This document shows positions 17,286-28,181 of a stretch of DNA of 64,000 nucleotides, one piece after another (the first letter of the stretch is position 1; every line of letters begins with the position of its first letter). This DNA is from Chloroflexota bacterium (GTDB lineage: Bacteria; Chloroflexota; UBA11872; VXOZ01). Under the pieces are notes generated by a model. It was not told the DNA's origin. It was given only the letters and a program-made list of their open reading frames with translations, and did not search any database. The stretch lies in contig CAXXVD010000003.1 of NCBI GenBank assembly GCA_963662335.2, positions 32,001 through 96,000 on the forward strand, read 5' to 3'. A program made the position numbers and the translations under genes.

Positions 17286-17652
17286 AGCGGAAGAGGAGCA
17301 ACAGGAAGAGCAGGTACAACAGACCCTAGAAATGCCGCCTGAAACCGGAAACTTAATCCAGGCGATGTTGGGGTCCGATGCAATACAAAGCCTGGCGCTC
17401 TTTCAGAAGCTAACGCCAGAGCACGTAACCCAAATGTTGAACATGCGGAGAGAAGAAGTACAACTAATCGCCAAGGACAGAGAGCTAGTCAGAAGGCACG
17501 TCCTCATCATTCTCGGAGTCTCAATTGCCTCTGCGGTATTGTTTCTTTGCCTGCTTGTCTGGTTCGATTTGAAGGAGTACATTGGCCCTTTCGCCGTTGC
17601 GGTTTCTTCTGCAATCGGCGGCATCGGCCTTGGGATGAACTGGAGACGGTAG
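17221..17652 (+). CDS. DUF2335-like membrane protein
   Basis: Acidic N-terminus, helical middle, two C-terminal TM helices. Confidence 0.55.
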   Translation: MRGRETNGNKEKQDLAEPSSAEAEEEQQEEQVQQTLEMPPETGNLIQAMLGSDAIQSLALFQKLTPEHVTQMLNMRREEVQLIAKDRELVRRHVLIILGVSIASAVLFLCLLVWFDLKEYIGPFAVAVSSAIGGIGLGMNWRR

Positions 17653-17836
17653 CCCGGCGATATAGCGCCGTTGAATTCTCTAGAGGTTCGGCCCTCTCAG
17701 CCTCCTTGCGACCTCAGTGCACGTGACTCTTGGCAAACCCAATGGGTCGGCGCCCAGAAACCGACGATAATTGTCGTTCAGGTACTCTGCGCCGCGCCTG
17801 ACGTTCGCCCCACACGCTACATCTGGTATTGAGCCT

Positions 17837-19828
17837 ATGCCCCCCTTTCAACTGGTCTCGGAACTCGAGCCCCGCGGCGACCAGCCGGACGCCATCGGCC
17901 AACTGATCGCCGGCTGCCATGCCGCGTATCCGTTCCAGACCCTGCTTGGCGTCACCGGTTCCGGCAAGACGCTCACCATGGCGCGGGTGATCCAGGCGAT
18001 CCAGAAGCCGGCCCTGGTTCTCGCGCCCAACAAGACCCTGGCCGCGCAACTCTTCTCCGAGTTCCGCGACTTCTTTCCCGAGAACGCGGTCGAATACTTC
18101 GTCTCGTACTACGACTACTACCAGCCGGAGGCGTACCTCCCGCGCACGGATACCTACATCGAGAAAGACTCCGACATCAACGAAGAGGTGGAAAAGCTGC
18201 GGCTCTCTGCCACGCGCTCGTTGCTGGAGCGGCCGGACGTCATCATCGTCGCCAGCGTCTCGTGCATCTACGGCATGGGTTCGCCGCAGGACTACGGCCA
18301 AGTGGTCGTATCGCTAAACGTCGGTGAGCAGTACCGCCGCCAGACCGTGCTCCGCCGCCTGAACGACATCCAGTACGAGCGCAATAACGTCGATTTCAAG
18401 CGCGGCACGTACCGGGTGAAAGGCGACGTGCTGGACATCTATCCGGCTTACGGCGACACCGCGATCCGCATCGACTTCTTTGGCGACGAGGTGGACCGCA
18501 TCATCGAGATCGACCCGCTCACCGGCGAGATTCTCGATCAGCGCCAGGCAATCAACATCTATCCCGCCAGCCACTTCGTGACGCCGGTGGAGCGCATGGA
18601 AGCGGCGGTGAAGAGCATTGAGGCGGAGCTCGACGAGCACGTGGCCGCCTTGCAGCGCCAGGGCAAACTGCTGGAGACCCAGCGCCTGCTCCAGCGCACC
18701 CGCTTCGACCTGGAGATGCTGCGCGAGACCGGCCACTGCAAGGGCATCGAGAACTACAGCCGCCACCTGGACGGCCGCAACGCCGGCGATCCCTCGTGGA
18801 CGCTGCTGGACTATTTCCCCAAAGACTTCCTGATGTTCATCGACGAGTCCCACGTGGCCGTGCCGCAACTGCGCGGCATGTACGCCGGCGACCGCTCGCG
18901 CAAGCAGGTGCTGGTGGACTACGGTTTCCGCCTGCCCAGCGCGCTGGACAACCGGCCGCTCATGTTTCAGGAGCTCGAGCAGCGGCTCAATCAGGTGGTC
19001 TTCGTCTCCGCCACGCCCAGCATGTACGAGCGCGAACGGAGCAGCCAGGTGGTGGAACAGATCATCCGGCCCACCGGCCTGGTGGACCCGTCTATCGAAA
19101 TCCAGCCCACCACCGGCCAGATCGACCATCTTGTCGCGCAGATTCGCCAGCGGGTGGCGCAGCGCGAGCGCGTGCTGGTGACGACCCTCACCAAGCGCAT
19201 GGCGGAACAACTGGCCGACTACCTGAACGAAAGCGGCGTCAAGGTGCACTACCTCCATTCGGAGATCGACACCCTGGAGCGCGTGGAGATCCTGCGCGAC
19301 CTGCGGCTGGGCGTCTACGACGTGGTGGTGGGCATCAACCTGCTGCGCGAAGGCCTGGACCTGCCGGAAGTCTCGCTGGTGGCGATCCTGGACGCCGATA
19401 AAGAGGGCTACCTGCGCAGCGAGACCTCCCTGGTGCAGACCATCGGCCGGGCCGCGCGCCACATCCACGGCCACGTGGTGCTCTACGCCGACAACGTGAC
19501 CGATTCCATGCGCCGCGCCATCGACGAGACCTACCGCCGCCGCGACAAACAACTCGCCTTCAACGACCAACACGGCATCCAGCCGGAGAGTATCAACAAG
19601 GCGATCCGCGACATCACCGATACCATCCGCGCCGTGGCGGATGAACAATCCAGCTACCAGGCGGAGCACAAACCGCTCTCGGCGAAAGAGGCGAACAAGC
19701 TCATCAAGGAGCTTGAAAAACAGATGCGCAAGGCGGCGAAAGAACTGGACTTCGAGCGCGCCGCCCTGCTGCGCGACCAAATCCGCGAGATCCGCGCCGG
19801 GCAGCAGGAAGTGATGATTGCCGAGTAG
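17837..19828 (+). CDS. uvrB: excinuclease ABC subunit B
   Basis: [32 protein letters not shown] and UVR domain. Confidence 0.98.
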   Translation: MPPFQLVSELEPRGDQPDAIGQLIAGCHAAYPFQTLLGVTGSGKTLTMARVIQAIQKPALVLAPNKTLAAQLFSEFRDFFPENAVEYFVSYYDYYQPEAYLPRTDTYIEKDSDINEEVEKLRLSATRSLLERPDVIIVASVSCIYGMGSPQDYGQVVVSLNVGEQYRRQTVLRRLNDIQYERNNVDFKRGTYRVKGDVLDIYPAYGDTAIRIDFFGDEVDRIIEIDPLTGEILDQRQAINIYPASHFVTPVERMEAAVKSIEAELDEHVAALQRQGKLLETQRLLQRTRFDLEMLRETGHCKGIENYSRHLDGRNAGDPSWTLLDYFPKDFLMFIDESHVAVPQLRGMYAGDRSRKQVLVDYGFRLPSALDNRPLMFQELEQRLNQVVFVSATPSMYERERSSQVVEQIIRPTGLVDPSIEIQPTTGQIDHLVAQIRQRVAQRERVLVTTLTKRMAEQLADYLNESGVKVHYLHSEIDTLERVEILRDLRLGVYDVVVGINLLREGLDLPEVSLVAILDADKEGYLRSETSLVQTIGRAARHIHGHVVLYADNVTDSMRRAIDETYRRRDKQLAFNDQHGIQPESINKAIRDITDTIRAVADEQSSYQAEHKPLSAKEANKLIKELEKQMRKAAKELDFERAALLRDQIREIRAGQQEVMIAE

Positions 19829-20062
19829 GGGCACGACACGTCGTGCCCCTACCAGGGTCGGATTGTTGGCGCGGAGGGTTGATCCGCGCCCCTTCCGTTA
19901 TTCCCGCGCTATCTTCATGGCAATGACGGTCAAAAGGCCGTAGCGCGGGGGCTTGTCCCCCGCTTGCGCAAGGAACTCGGCCACGTTCGCCGGCGATTCC
20001 CATGCAAGAGGCGGGCGCATGTGATAAATCCCACGGCGGCGCAGGTTGCAAACCCGCGCTAC
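19825..20062. repeat. cluster of three GTAG-type REPs
   Basis: Palindromes at 19825-19852, 19940-19963 and 20041-20062. Confidence 0.85.
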
Positions 20063-20226
20063 CGGGGAGGTGAGGTTTGGTTCGTTCAACGCCGATGCGC
20101 TCGATGCGGCGGCAATTGCGGCGTGCCGCGCTCCAATGCGAGTTGAGAAAGTACCGCGCCGGCCTTGATACAGTATCATCACAGCAGCAACACTCCCGAG
20201 CGCGGCGCAGCGTGAAAGGGCACACA

Positions 20227-21354
20227 GTGAGCAAGAAGGTATTCGACGCGGAGGACATTGCCGCGGTGACGCGGGTGTTGGAGTCCGGCGTGTTGAGCGC
20301 TGGGCCGGAGGCGGCGGCGTTGGAGCGGGAGTTTGCGGCGGAACTGGGGGCGAATCACGCCATTTCCTGCAACGCGGCCATGGGCGGGTTGCACGCGGCG
20401 CTGCTGGCGGTGGGCGTGGGTGCGGGCGACGAGGTGGTGTGCGACCCGCTGGTGCTCTTTGGCGGCCTGGCGGCGCTCTACACCGGGGCCATGCCCGTGT
20501 TCGCGGACGTGGATGAGCATACCCACAACATGGACCCCGCCTCGTTGGCGGAGCGCATCACGCCGCGCACGAAAGCCATCATCGTCACCCATCACTGGGG
20601 CGAACCGGCGGACATGGCGGGCATCCTGGCGGTGGCGGACGCGCACAAGCTGCCGGTGGTCGAGGATTGCGCCCACGTGCTCTTTGGCGAGTGGCAGGGG
20701 CGCTATGCGGGCACGCTGGGCTCCGTGGGCGTCTTCAGCTTTCAATCGTCCAAGCACCTGAGCACCGGTGATGGCGGCATCGCGGTCACGAATGATGCAT
20801 ATCTGGCCGACCAATTGCGCGCCATCATCACGTTCGGCGCGGCGCCGACGCGGCTGGCGCACAACTTCCGCATGACCGAAATGACCGCCGCCGTGGCGCG
20901 GGTGCAGTTGCGCCGCGCCCGCGGCTACGTGGCGGAAGACCGCGCCAGCGCCCAACTCTATGCAGAAGCGGCGGCGGGTTGCGACTGGCTGCGGCCGCAG
21001 CAGGCGAGCGCGGAGAGCGCTCATGCCTACCATCTCTGGGTGGCGGCGTTCGCGCCGCAACCGGGCGGGCCTTCGTTGGAGGACTTCAAGGCGGCGTGCG
21101 CCGCTGAGGAAGCGGCCTTCAGCTTTGGCTACGTGGGCGTGCCGGCGTACCTGCATCCGGTCTTCAGCTTGGGCGGCGGTTATGGCGTGAGCCGCGACCC
21201 GCAGTCGCAACCGCTCCCCTATCGCCGGGGTTGGTGTCCGGTGGCAGAGTCTCTCATGCCGCGACTTATGATTACGGGCATTAGCGCGCGTGAGGACGAC
21301 TTTCACCGGCCCAACGCCGCGGCCCTGGGCCGGGCGATTCAACGCCTGTCTTGA
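20227..21354 (+). CDS. DegT/DnrJ/EryC1/StrS aminotransferase
   Basis: EDCAH, SFQSSKHLSTGDGG and NFRMTE motifs. Confidence 0.92.
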   Translation: MSKKVFDAEDIAAVTRVLESGVLSAGPEAAALEREFAAELGANHAISCNAAMGGLHAALLAVGVGAGDEVVCDPLVLFGGLAALYTGAMPVFADVDEHTHNMDPASLAERITPRTKAIIVTHHWGEPADMAGILAVADAHKLPVVEDCAHVLFGEWQGRYAGTLGSVGVFSFQSSKHLSTGDGGIAVTNDAYLADQLRAIITFGAAPTRLAHNFRMTEMTAAVARVQLRRARGYVAEDRASAQLYAEAAAGCDWLRPQQASAESAHAYHLWVAAFAPQPGGPSLEDFKAACAAEEAAFSFGYVGVPAYLHPVFSLGGGYGVSRDPQSQPLPYRRGWCPVAESLMPRLMITGISAREDDFHRPNAAALGRAIQRLS

Positions 21355-21644
21355 ATGACGGCCGCGGCCCGCGCTCCCCGGCGTTTACGGCGCGCAAAAC
21401 TGAATCAGCGCTCCGCCGGAGACACGCGCGGATGTCGTAGGGGATATACTGAAGGTGAACGGCTTGCCGGGCAAAACGGCGCTTCCTGGTCAGCCAACAA
21501 GCTATTGCGAGAAGGCGCCGGTTTGGGTCAGCGCCGGAAGCAGGGCGCGGTTTGGCCGGCATTGCGTAGAGCGAGAATCCGCGCGCTTTCAAGGACGATG
21601 AGTGCGGATGATGTAAGGGCACACAAAGAAAGGAACGGTGTGCG

Positions 21645-21989
21645 ATGCCTTTGTTCATGTCCCAGTTTTCCTACAATACGGAAACCTGGAAGGAACTGAC
21701 GGAGAATCCGGAAGACCGGAGAGACGCCATCGAGCCGTTGCTGGCGAGTCTCGGTTGCCGCCTGGTTGCGGTCTACTATGCGTTTGGCGACTACGACGGC
21801 GTGGTGATTTTCGAATCTCCCGATGGCGTCACGGCCGCAGCGGCGGTGATCGCCGCGATTACGCCGGGGCACGTCAGCTCCGTCAAGACCACGCGGCTGC
21901 TCACGGTAGATGAGATGCAGGCCGCGCTGGCCAAGACCAAGATCGTAGCCGAGCAAACGTCGTACGACCGCCCCGGCGGGTCGGGCTAG
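21645..21989 (+). CDS. GYD domain protein
   Basis: YYAFGDYDGVVI...KTTRLLT. Confidence 0.85.
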   Translation: MPLFMSQFSYNTETWKELTENPEDRRDAIEPLLASLGCRLVAVYYAFGDYDGVVIFESPDGVTAAAAVIAAITPGHVSSVKTTRLLTVDEMQAALAKTKIVAEQTSYDRPGGSG

Positions 21990-22223
21990 CCGCCGGTCGG
22001 CGGGTGCGCCCATTGCGGTGATGAACGCCTTACCCAAAGTTGGCGGTGTGTGTTCGCGCCAAGAGGCGGGGGACAAACCCCCGGGCTACGGCGTATATGG
22101 TTGCAATTGTGCCCAAAGCGGTATTGAACGGCGTAACAAATGTTGGCGTTGTGTAGTTCACGGCAAGAGGCGGGGGACAAGCCCCCGCGCTACGATGTTT
22201 TGACGAGCAATTGAGGAGCAGGC

Positions 22224-23390
22224 ATGTTGGACATTCCGCGCATTCGGGAGGACTTTCCGGCGCTGCAGAACGGCATCTACCTACACGTGGCCGGCATCGG
22301 GATGAACGCCCGGCCGGTGCTGGAGGAGGTGACCGGCCGCTGGCAGTTCTTCTTCGAGAACGGCCCGTGGCTGCAGAGCCGCCGCGACGAGCGCTTTCTG
22401 CACAAGCAACGCACCCGCGAGGCGCTGGCGCGTTTCTTCAACGTGCCGCCCGCTACGATCGCGATGATCAACAACGTCTCCAACAGCATCAGCCTGGTGG
22501 TCTCCGGCCTGCCGCTGGCCCCGGGCGACGAGATCATCACCAGCAATGAGGAAGACGACGCGCTCTGGCTGCCGCTCTACAACATCGCCCGCAAACGCTA
22601 CGGCGCGGTGGTCCGCCACATGCGGGTGGGCGCGACGCCGGCGGAGAATCTGGCCAATTTCCAGGCGCTGCTCTCGCCCCGCACCAAGCTCGTCGCTCTG
22701 AGCCACGTGACCCAGGACCGGGGCACGGCGCTGCCGGTGGCGGAGATGACCCGCCTGGCCCACGAGCGCGGCGCGTTCGTCTACCTGGACGGCGGCCAAG
22801 CCGTCGGCCAACTCGACGTGGACATCAGCGCCATCGACCCGGACTTCTACGCCGTGCTCGGCTACAAGTGGATGCTCGGTCCCTACGGCAGCGGCTGCTT
22901 CTACGTGGCCGAACGCATGCGCGATGTGCTGGAAATGTCGTGGACCGGCAGCCACGTGGCAAAGCACATCGACTTCGATTCCGGCGCGGTTGACTGGGAG
23001 GACTACCCCCGGCGGCTGGAATGGGGTTCGGTGAACTTTCCCACTATGGCGGGACTGGGCGCGGCGGTAGAATACCTGGAAGGCCACGGCATTGCGGCCA
23101 TTGAGGAGCGCGGCAAGAAGCTGTCACGCTGGCTGCGCGGCGAACTGCTGCGGCATCCCAAGGTCGTCTGCTACGACGCGGAACACCCGGACGCCCATAC
23201 GAGCATCGTGGCGTACGGCGTGGAGGGCGTAACGGGCGCCGACCTGGCCGCCTATCTGCATGAGAACGAGGTCTGGTGCCGCGCGCTCATGCACGACGGC
23301 ATGGAGGGCGTGCGCCTCTGCACGGCCTTCATCAATAGCGAAGAGGAGATCGAAAGGGCCATCGAGATCATGGCCGCCATGCCGCGGTGA
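22224..23390 (+). CDS. class V PLP-dependent aminotransferase / C-S lyase-like
   Basis: IREDFPAL, LSHV, DGGQAVG and YKWMLGP motifs. Confidence 0.88.
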   Translation: MLDIPRIREDFPALQNGIYLHVAGIGMNARPVLEEVTGRWQFFFENGPWLQSRRDERFLHKQRTREALARFFNVPPATIAMINNVSNSISLVVSGLPLAPGDEIITSNEEDDALWLPLYNIARKRYGAVVRHMRVGATPAENLANFQALLSPRTKLVALSHVTQDRGTALPVAEMTRLAHERGAFVYLDGGQAVGQLDVDISAIDPDFYAVLGYKWMLGPYGSGCFYVAERMRDVLEMSWTGSHVAKHIDFDSGAVDWEDYPRRLEWGSVNFPTMAGLGAAVEYLEGHGIAAIEERGKKLSRWLRGELLRHPKVVCYDAEHPDAHTSIVAYGVEGVTGADLAAYLHENEVWCRALMHDGMEGVRLCTAFINSEEEIERAIEIMAAMPR

Positions 23391-23458
23391 GGGACTCTGG
23401 CTAGCACGCCGCCGCCCGACTGCCGCAGCGCGTTGAGCGCCGTGGCGCCTGGATTGCC

Positions 23459-23652
23459 GTAGCGCGGGGGCTTGTCCCCCGCCGGCGCAAGAGGAACGGA
23501 TGCGCGAAGGATTGAGCCTGCGGTGACGCAGGTTACAAACCTGCGCTACCGGAGATGCGAGGCGTTGTTCTCATCACGCCCGCGCTTCACGCCAAGAAGC
23601 GGGGGACAAGCCCCCGCGCTACGTTGGACGCGATAGCATTGGGGAGATACCC
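23459..23652. repeat. REP cluster with a MITE C-type end
   Basis: GTAG REPs at 23459, 23528 and 23599 (inverted), then GCGATAGCATTG. Confidence 0.75.
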
Positions 23653-23661
23653 CTTCCTCCG

Positions 23662-24894
23662 CTACGCTTCATCCGGCCAGATGCGCACGGTGCCGTAGCG
23701 CCCGTCGTAGCCCGGTTCCACAGACACCTTGCCGGCCCTCATGCGGCCGATGCCCTCCGTAATCCGCTCGCCGGCCGCATCCGCAATTGCGGCCAATGGC
23801 GCATCCAGCAGCGCGGCGAACTCTGAGCCGAGCGCGTCGGTAAGCGCCGTGTAGGCGCGCGCGACGGTCTTGGTGCGCTCGCCGACGCCGAGGGCTTCGG
23901 CCAGAATCTGCGCCAGCGGGACCACGTGTTTGAACGGTGGGCGGCCGCTATTACCCCGCAAGAAGCCGTGCTCATTAAGTGTTATAGAAAAAACCGGGCG
24001 GGTGGCCAGCGCCGCCACGCGCTCCAGCACGCCCACGGTGAGCGCGCGGCCGCAGACGGGACAGGTTGTGCCGCGCGCCTGCGTCTCCGCCGGCAGGTAG
24101 CGCACGTTGCAGGCGCGGTGGCCGGTGGCGTGGTATTTGCCCTCTTCCGGATAGTACTCCAGCGTGTAGGCGATTCTTTCTTCTCTGAGGGCGGCGGCAA
24201 GCCCGTCGAACGTCAGCGGCCCGTGAAAGGTGGTTGCTTCCCGCCCCAGGTTACGCGGCGAGTGCGCGTCGGAGAACGAGACGATGCTGCGGCCGTCGGC
24301 GTCCGGCACGCGCCAATTCATGGCGGGATCGCTCGATAAGCCCGTTTCCAACGCCGGAATCGCCGGCGTTAACGCGCCAAAGCACTCCTCCAACGAATCG
24401 AAGCCGGACTTGGAGCCGAACACCGCGTACCATGGCGTCCAGGCGTGGGCCGGGATGACGATGCTGCGGGGGTCTATTTCGAGAATCGCGGCGGTAAGTT
24501 CGCGCGCGTGCAGCGCAATGAGCGGCCGCCCGTCTCCGGCCAGCTTTGCGCCGGCACGCTCCAAGAACCGGCAGAGCTTCTCGATCGCCCCAAAATCCGG
24601 CACGTATACCAGCAAGTGCAGGCGACGGCCCTTGCCGGCGTGCTTGAAGACGCAGGCGAGTTCCGTGCCGAGAATGAAGTGGGTGTTCTCATAGGTGAAG
24701 AGGTCGCCCGCGGCGGGTTGCAGCGTTTCTTGCAGGTGGGCGCGCCAGGCCGGGTGCGTGAAATCGGCGGCGGCCAGCAGCCGGATGCCCTTGCGCCGTG
24801 CCCACAGGCTCAGATTGGGGATGGTGATGTCGCGCGCCGTGCCTATGGCATACGACGAGTGCAGGTGCAGGTCGGCCAGATAGCTTGCTTGCAT
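23662..24894 (-). CDS. endonuclease Q family (PHP domain plus Zn finger)
   Basis: ADLHLHS, DFTHP, AHAWTPW, ETGLSSD, SDAHS, GKYH..GHR.C, CPVC and PGYDGRYG motifs. Confidence 0.92.
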   Translation of the reverse strand: MQASYLADLHLHSSYAIGTARDITIPNLSLWARRKGIRLLAAADFTHPAWRAHLQETLQPAAGDLFTYENTHFILGTELACVFKHAGKGRRLHLLVYVPDFGAIEKLCRFLERAGAKLAGDGRPLIALHARELTAAILEIDPRSIVIPAHAWTPWYAVFGSKSGFDSLEECFGALTPAIPALETGLSSDPAMNWRVPDADGRSIVSFSDAHSPRNLGREATTFHGPLTFDGLAAALREERIAYTLEYYPEEGKYHATGHRACNVRYLPAETQARGTTCPVCGRALTVGVLERVAALATRPVFSITLNEHGFLRGNSGRPPFKHVVPLAQILAEALGVGERTKTVARAYTALTDALGSEFAALLDAPLAAIADAAGERITEGIGRMRAGKVSVEPGYDGRYGTVRIWPDEA

Positions 24895-24913
24895 GGCCCA
24901 ATCGCCGTGACCG

Positions 24914-25330
24914 CTACTCTGGCGCGCTCGCCTGCGCCGCCAGTTCGGCGCGAATGAACAGGTATGCCTGCAGGCAGGCAAGCTCAGGCGTTTCCGCCAC
25001 CACGTCGGCGATGCGGCGGCTCACCTCGTCGAAGCAGATGCAGGCAAAGTCGCCCTGGTAGCAGTCCAAGACGGTGTGCGGCGAGACCGCGTTGAGCAGC
25101 GCCAGGAGCTGGTCCAGACGCGGCAACCAGCATACGGCACGGTTGACTGTGAGGTCGTTGCCGCCCGCCGCCAGATCCTCATCGAGAAGCCGCGGGACGC
25201 CGTCCCGGGCCACCCAATCGCCAACGCTGGGCGTCCACTGTGTTGCCAACTCTCTGCGCGCCGCGCGGCAGCGCTGCACGTAGGCCGGAGAGAATGGATG
25301 GGAGATGTGCGGCTCGGATTCGCGCGTCAA
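24914..25330 (-). CDS. hypothetical protein (start uncertain)
   Basis: WTPSVGDW, WLPRLDQLL and TPELACL motifs; ends 19 bp before the EndoQ start. Confidence 0.65.
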   Translation of the reverse strand: MTRESEPHISHPFSPAYVQRCRAARRELATQWTPSVGDWVARDGVPRLLDEDLAAGGNDLTVNRAVCWLPRLDQLLALLNAVSPHTVLDCYQGDFACICFDEVSRRIADVVAETPELACLQAYLFIRAELAAQASAPE

Positions 25331-25516
25331 AAGAACTGCGCCCCTCGCGTGGTGATTCCCGTCTACCGCGTTGGGCCACTGCCGGTGCGGCGCTACCCAG
25401 TGTATCATGAGATTAGCGGGCAGCGCCGCGACCCCGCGAAAGGCGCGATTGAGAGGACTGTGGAGCTAGAGCGCGGCGTAAAGCGCGTAAACTCTGCCAA
25501 AGGGAAAGGGAAATAC

Positions 25517-26851
25517 ATGAATTCGGGCGTTGCGGCGCGGAAAGCCGGGCGGTTTTCACTATTCTTGAAGTTTATCTCGCTTGCGGCCCTGGTCCTGGCG
25601 GGCGCCTTGCTCTTGAGCGCCTGCGGCGATGACGAGGAAGATGCCGTTGTGCAGGAAGCTGCGCGCACGCCCATTCCCTCGCCAATCGTGACCACCCCGG
25701 CGCCGACGCCGACGGCAGCGCCCGCGTCTACCGTTGCGTCCACGCCTACGCTCGCGCCCGCCGTGAGCACGCCGCAGCCGCCCGTAGAAGGAGCGTATGG
25801 ATTGGAGGAAGTCGGCGCGGGCTTCGCCAAGCCGCTCTACCTCACCTATGCGCCCGGTGACGCCGGCGGGCGGCTCTTCATCGTGGAACAGAACGGCACG
25901 ATTGCCATTCTCAGCAACGGCCGCCGCCAGGAGCCGCTCTTCCTCGATATACGCTCCCGCGTCGGTTCCCGCGCCAACGAGCAGGGCCTCTTGAGCATGG
26001 CGTTCGACCCCGAGTACGCGGCCAACGGCATCTTCTACGTCAACTACACGGACAAGGGCGGGACTACGGTGGTCGCGCGCTACCGCGTCTCCGCCGACAA
26101 TCCCGATGCGGCTGACGTAGACAGTGAAGAAGTGCTGCTGCGCGTCGGCCAGCCCTACGGCAACCACAACGGCGGGCAGATCAAGTTTGGCCCCGACGGC
26201 TACCTGTACGTCGGCATGGGCGACGGCGGTTCCGGCGGCGATCCCCAGGGCCACGGGCAGAATCTCGGCACGCTGCTTGGCGCCATGCTCCGCATCGACG
26301 TGCGTACCGGCGGCGGTTACGCCGTGCCCGCGGACAATCCGTTCGTGGGGCACGAGAATGCGCGGCCGGAAATCTGGAACTGGGGCCAGCGCAACCCGTG
26401 GCGCTTCTCGTTCGACCGGCTGACTGGTGACCTCTTCATGGCCGACGTGGGACAGAACAAGTGGGAAGAGGTGCACTTCCAGCCGGCCGACAGCGCCGGC
26501 GGCGAGAACTACGGCTGGAACCGCTTCGAAGGCAACGAACCTTACGGCCGCGGCGGTTCGCGTGAAGGAATGGAGTTTCCGATTGCGGTCTACGGCCGCA
26601 GCGAGGGCTGCTCGGTGACCGGCGGCTACGTCTACCGCGGCCACAACCTGCCGGCGCTGGCGGGCAACTACATCTTTGGCGACTACTGCTCCGGCATCGT
26701 CTGGACCCTGACGCCCCAGGCCGACGGCACGTGGCTGCGCACCGTGCTCCTGCAAGCGCCGTCGGAAATCACGTCATTCGGCGAGGACGCGGACGGTGAA
26801 GTGTACGTGATCATCCGCACCGGGACGATCTACCGTATCGTGCGGGTGTAG
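25517..26851 (+). CDS. PQQ-dependent sugar dehydrogenase lipoprotein
   Basis: Lipobox LSAC; EQGLL, NHNGG, GDGG and RNPWRFSFD motifs. Confidence 0.92.
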   Translation: MNSGVAARKAGRFSLFLKFISLAALVLAGALLLSACGDDEEDAVVQEAARTPIPSPIVTTPAPTPTAAPASTVASTPTLAPAVSTPQPPVEGAYGLEEVGAGFAKPLYLTYAPGDAGGRLFIVEQNGTIAILSNGRRQEPLFLDIRSRVGSRANEQGLLSMAFDPEYAANGIFYVNYTDKGGTTVVARYRVSADNPDAADVDSEEVLLRVGQPYGNHNGGQIKFGPDGYLYVGMGDGGSGGDPQGHGQNLGTLLGAMLRIDVRTGGGYAVPADNPFVGHENARPEIWNWGQRNPWRFSFDRLTGDLFMADVGQNKWEEVHFQPADSAGGENYGWNRFEGNEPYGRGGSREGMEFPIAVYGRSEGCSVTGGYVYRGHNLPALAGNYIFGDYCSGIVWTLTPQADGTWLRTVLLQAPSEITSFGEDADGEVYVIIRTGTIYRIVRV

Positions 26852-26951
26852 TGTATGCTCTTGCTGAAATGTAGTCGTGTCCGTGAGTCGCGCTGGGGCG
26901 CACGGCACGCCGCGTTTTGCTTGGATGGCGCGTAGATTGTGAGTAGCCATC

Positions 26952-28181
26952 GTGATTTCCCTCGAAGACGGGGACTTGACACAGTTGCTGCGCGTCGGCG
27001 AACTGGACCGGGTCGAGTTCAAAGAGACTTTGCGCGGTGATGCGACTAAGAAAATTCGCGAAGCCATCTGTGCCTTTGCCAATGATCTCCCGGACTACCG
27101 CAAGCCGGGGGTCATATTCGTCGGCGCTCGGAATGACGGCAGTGTCACCGGCTTACCGGTAACAGATGAGCTTCTCCGGCAACTGGCGGATATGAAAACT
27201 GACGGCAACATTCTGCCGCCGCCATCGCTGACGGTTGAAAAGCGGTCGCTGTGCGGCAAGGATGTTGCGGTGGTGACTGTGCAGCCGTCCGATTCTCCGC
27301 CGGTACGCTACGATGGCCGGGTGGAAATCCGCATCGGTCCGCGTCGCGGCATCGCGACTGCGCAGGACGAACGCATCCTCAACGAGAAGCGCCGCTATAG
27401 AGACAAGCCATTCGACATACACACCATACCTTCCGCATCCTTGAGCGATCTCAACGTGGCTCAGTTTGAGTTTGAGTACCTAACGCAGGCCTTCTCTTCG
27501 GATGTCCTCAAAGCTAACAAGCGTAGCACTGAAGAGCAGTTGGCCGCGACGAAGATGATCGCCACCGTCCAAGAGCCATTGCCGACAGTGTTGGGGATAC
27601 TGATGATTGGGAAAAACCCGCAGGACTTCTTGCCGGGAGCTTACGTGCAATTCCTAAGGCTAAATGGAACGGACATTACAGGAGAAATCATTGACAGTCA
27701 GGAGCTTCGAGGGACTGTTCCCGATATTCTCCGACGCTTGGATGAGAAGCTGAGCGCACACAATCGGACTGCGGTGGACATCCTTTCCGGCCCGGTTGAG
27801 CAGCGAACCAGTCTCTATCCAATGGCAGCTATTCAGCAAATAGCCGGAAACGCCATTATGCATCGCACGTATGAGGGAACAAACGCTCCGGTGAGAGTTT
27901 ACTGGTATAACGATCGCATCGAGATAATGAGCCCCGGCGGGCTATATGGAGCAGTAAGCGCCGACAACATCGGTCTGTTTGGTGTTGCCGACTACCGCAA
28001 TCCGAACATGGCGGACGCTATGAAGACACTGGGCTTCGTGCAGCGTTTTGGCTACGGTATTTCGCAGGCTCGCCAGTTGCTGGAAGAGGCTGGTCATCCG
28101 GAACTAGAGTTTGCATTCCCGGAAAACCATGTCTTTGTGACCGTAAAGGCAAGGGTCGGTGAGGAGGGCAAAACACAATGA
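26952..28181 (+). CDS. Schlafen/AlbA_2 plus HATPase_c_4 (RecG-C-like) protein
   Basis: ELDRVEFKE, AICAFAN, NAIMHRTY, DRIEIMSPGG, RNP and QRFGYGI motifs. Confidence 0.85.
   Translation: MISLEDGDLTQLLRVGELDRVEFKETLRGDATKKIREAICAFANDLPDYRKPGVIFVGARNDGSVTGLPVTDELLRQLADMKTDGNILPPPSLTVEKRSLCGKDVAVVTVQPSDSPPVRYDGRVEIRIGPRRGIATAQDERILNEKRRYRDKPFDIHTIPSASLSDLNVAQFEFEYLTQAFSSDVLKANKRSTEEQLAATKMIATVQEPLPTVLGILMIGKNPQDFLPGAYVQFLRLNGTDITGEIIDSQELRGTVPDILRRLDEKLSAHNRTAVDILSGPVEQRTSLYPMAAIQQIAGNAIMHRTYEGTNAPVRVYWYNDRIEIMSPGGLYGAVSADNIGLFGVADYRNPNMADAMKTLGFVQRFGYGISQARQLLEEAGHPELEFAFPENHVFVTVKARVGEEGKTQ

Noticed and set aside
17653-17836. LexA box upstream of uvrB
   Set aside because: No GAAC-N4-GTTC or CTGT-N8-ACAG match recognised
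22224-23390. SufS/IscS cysteine desulfurase
   Set aside because: Lacks the RxGxHC and SSGSAC catalytic motifs
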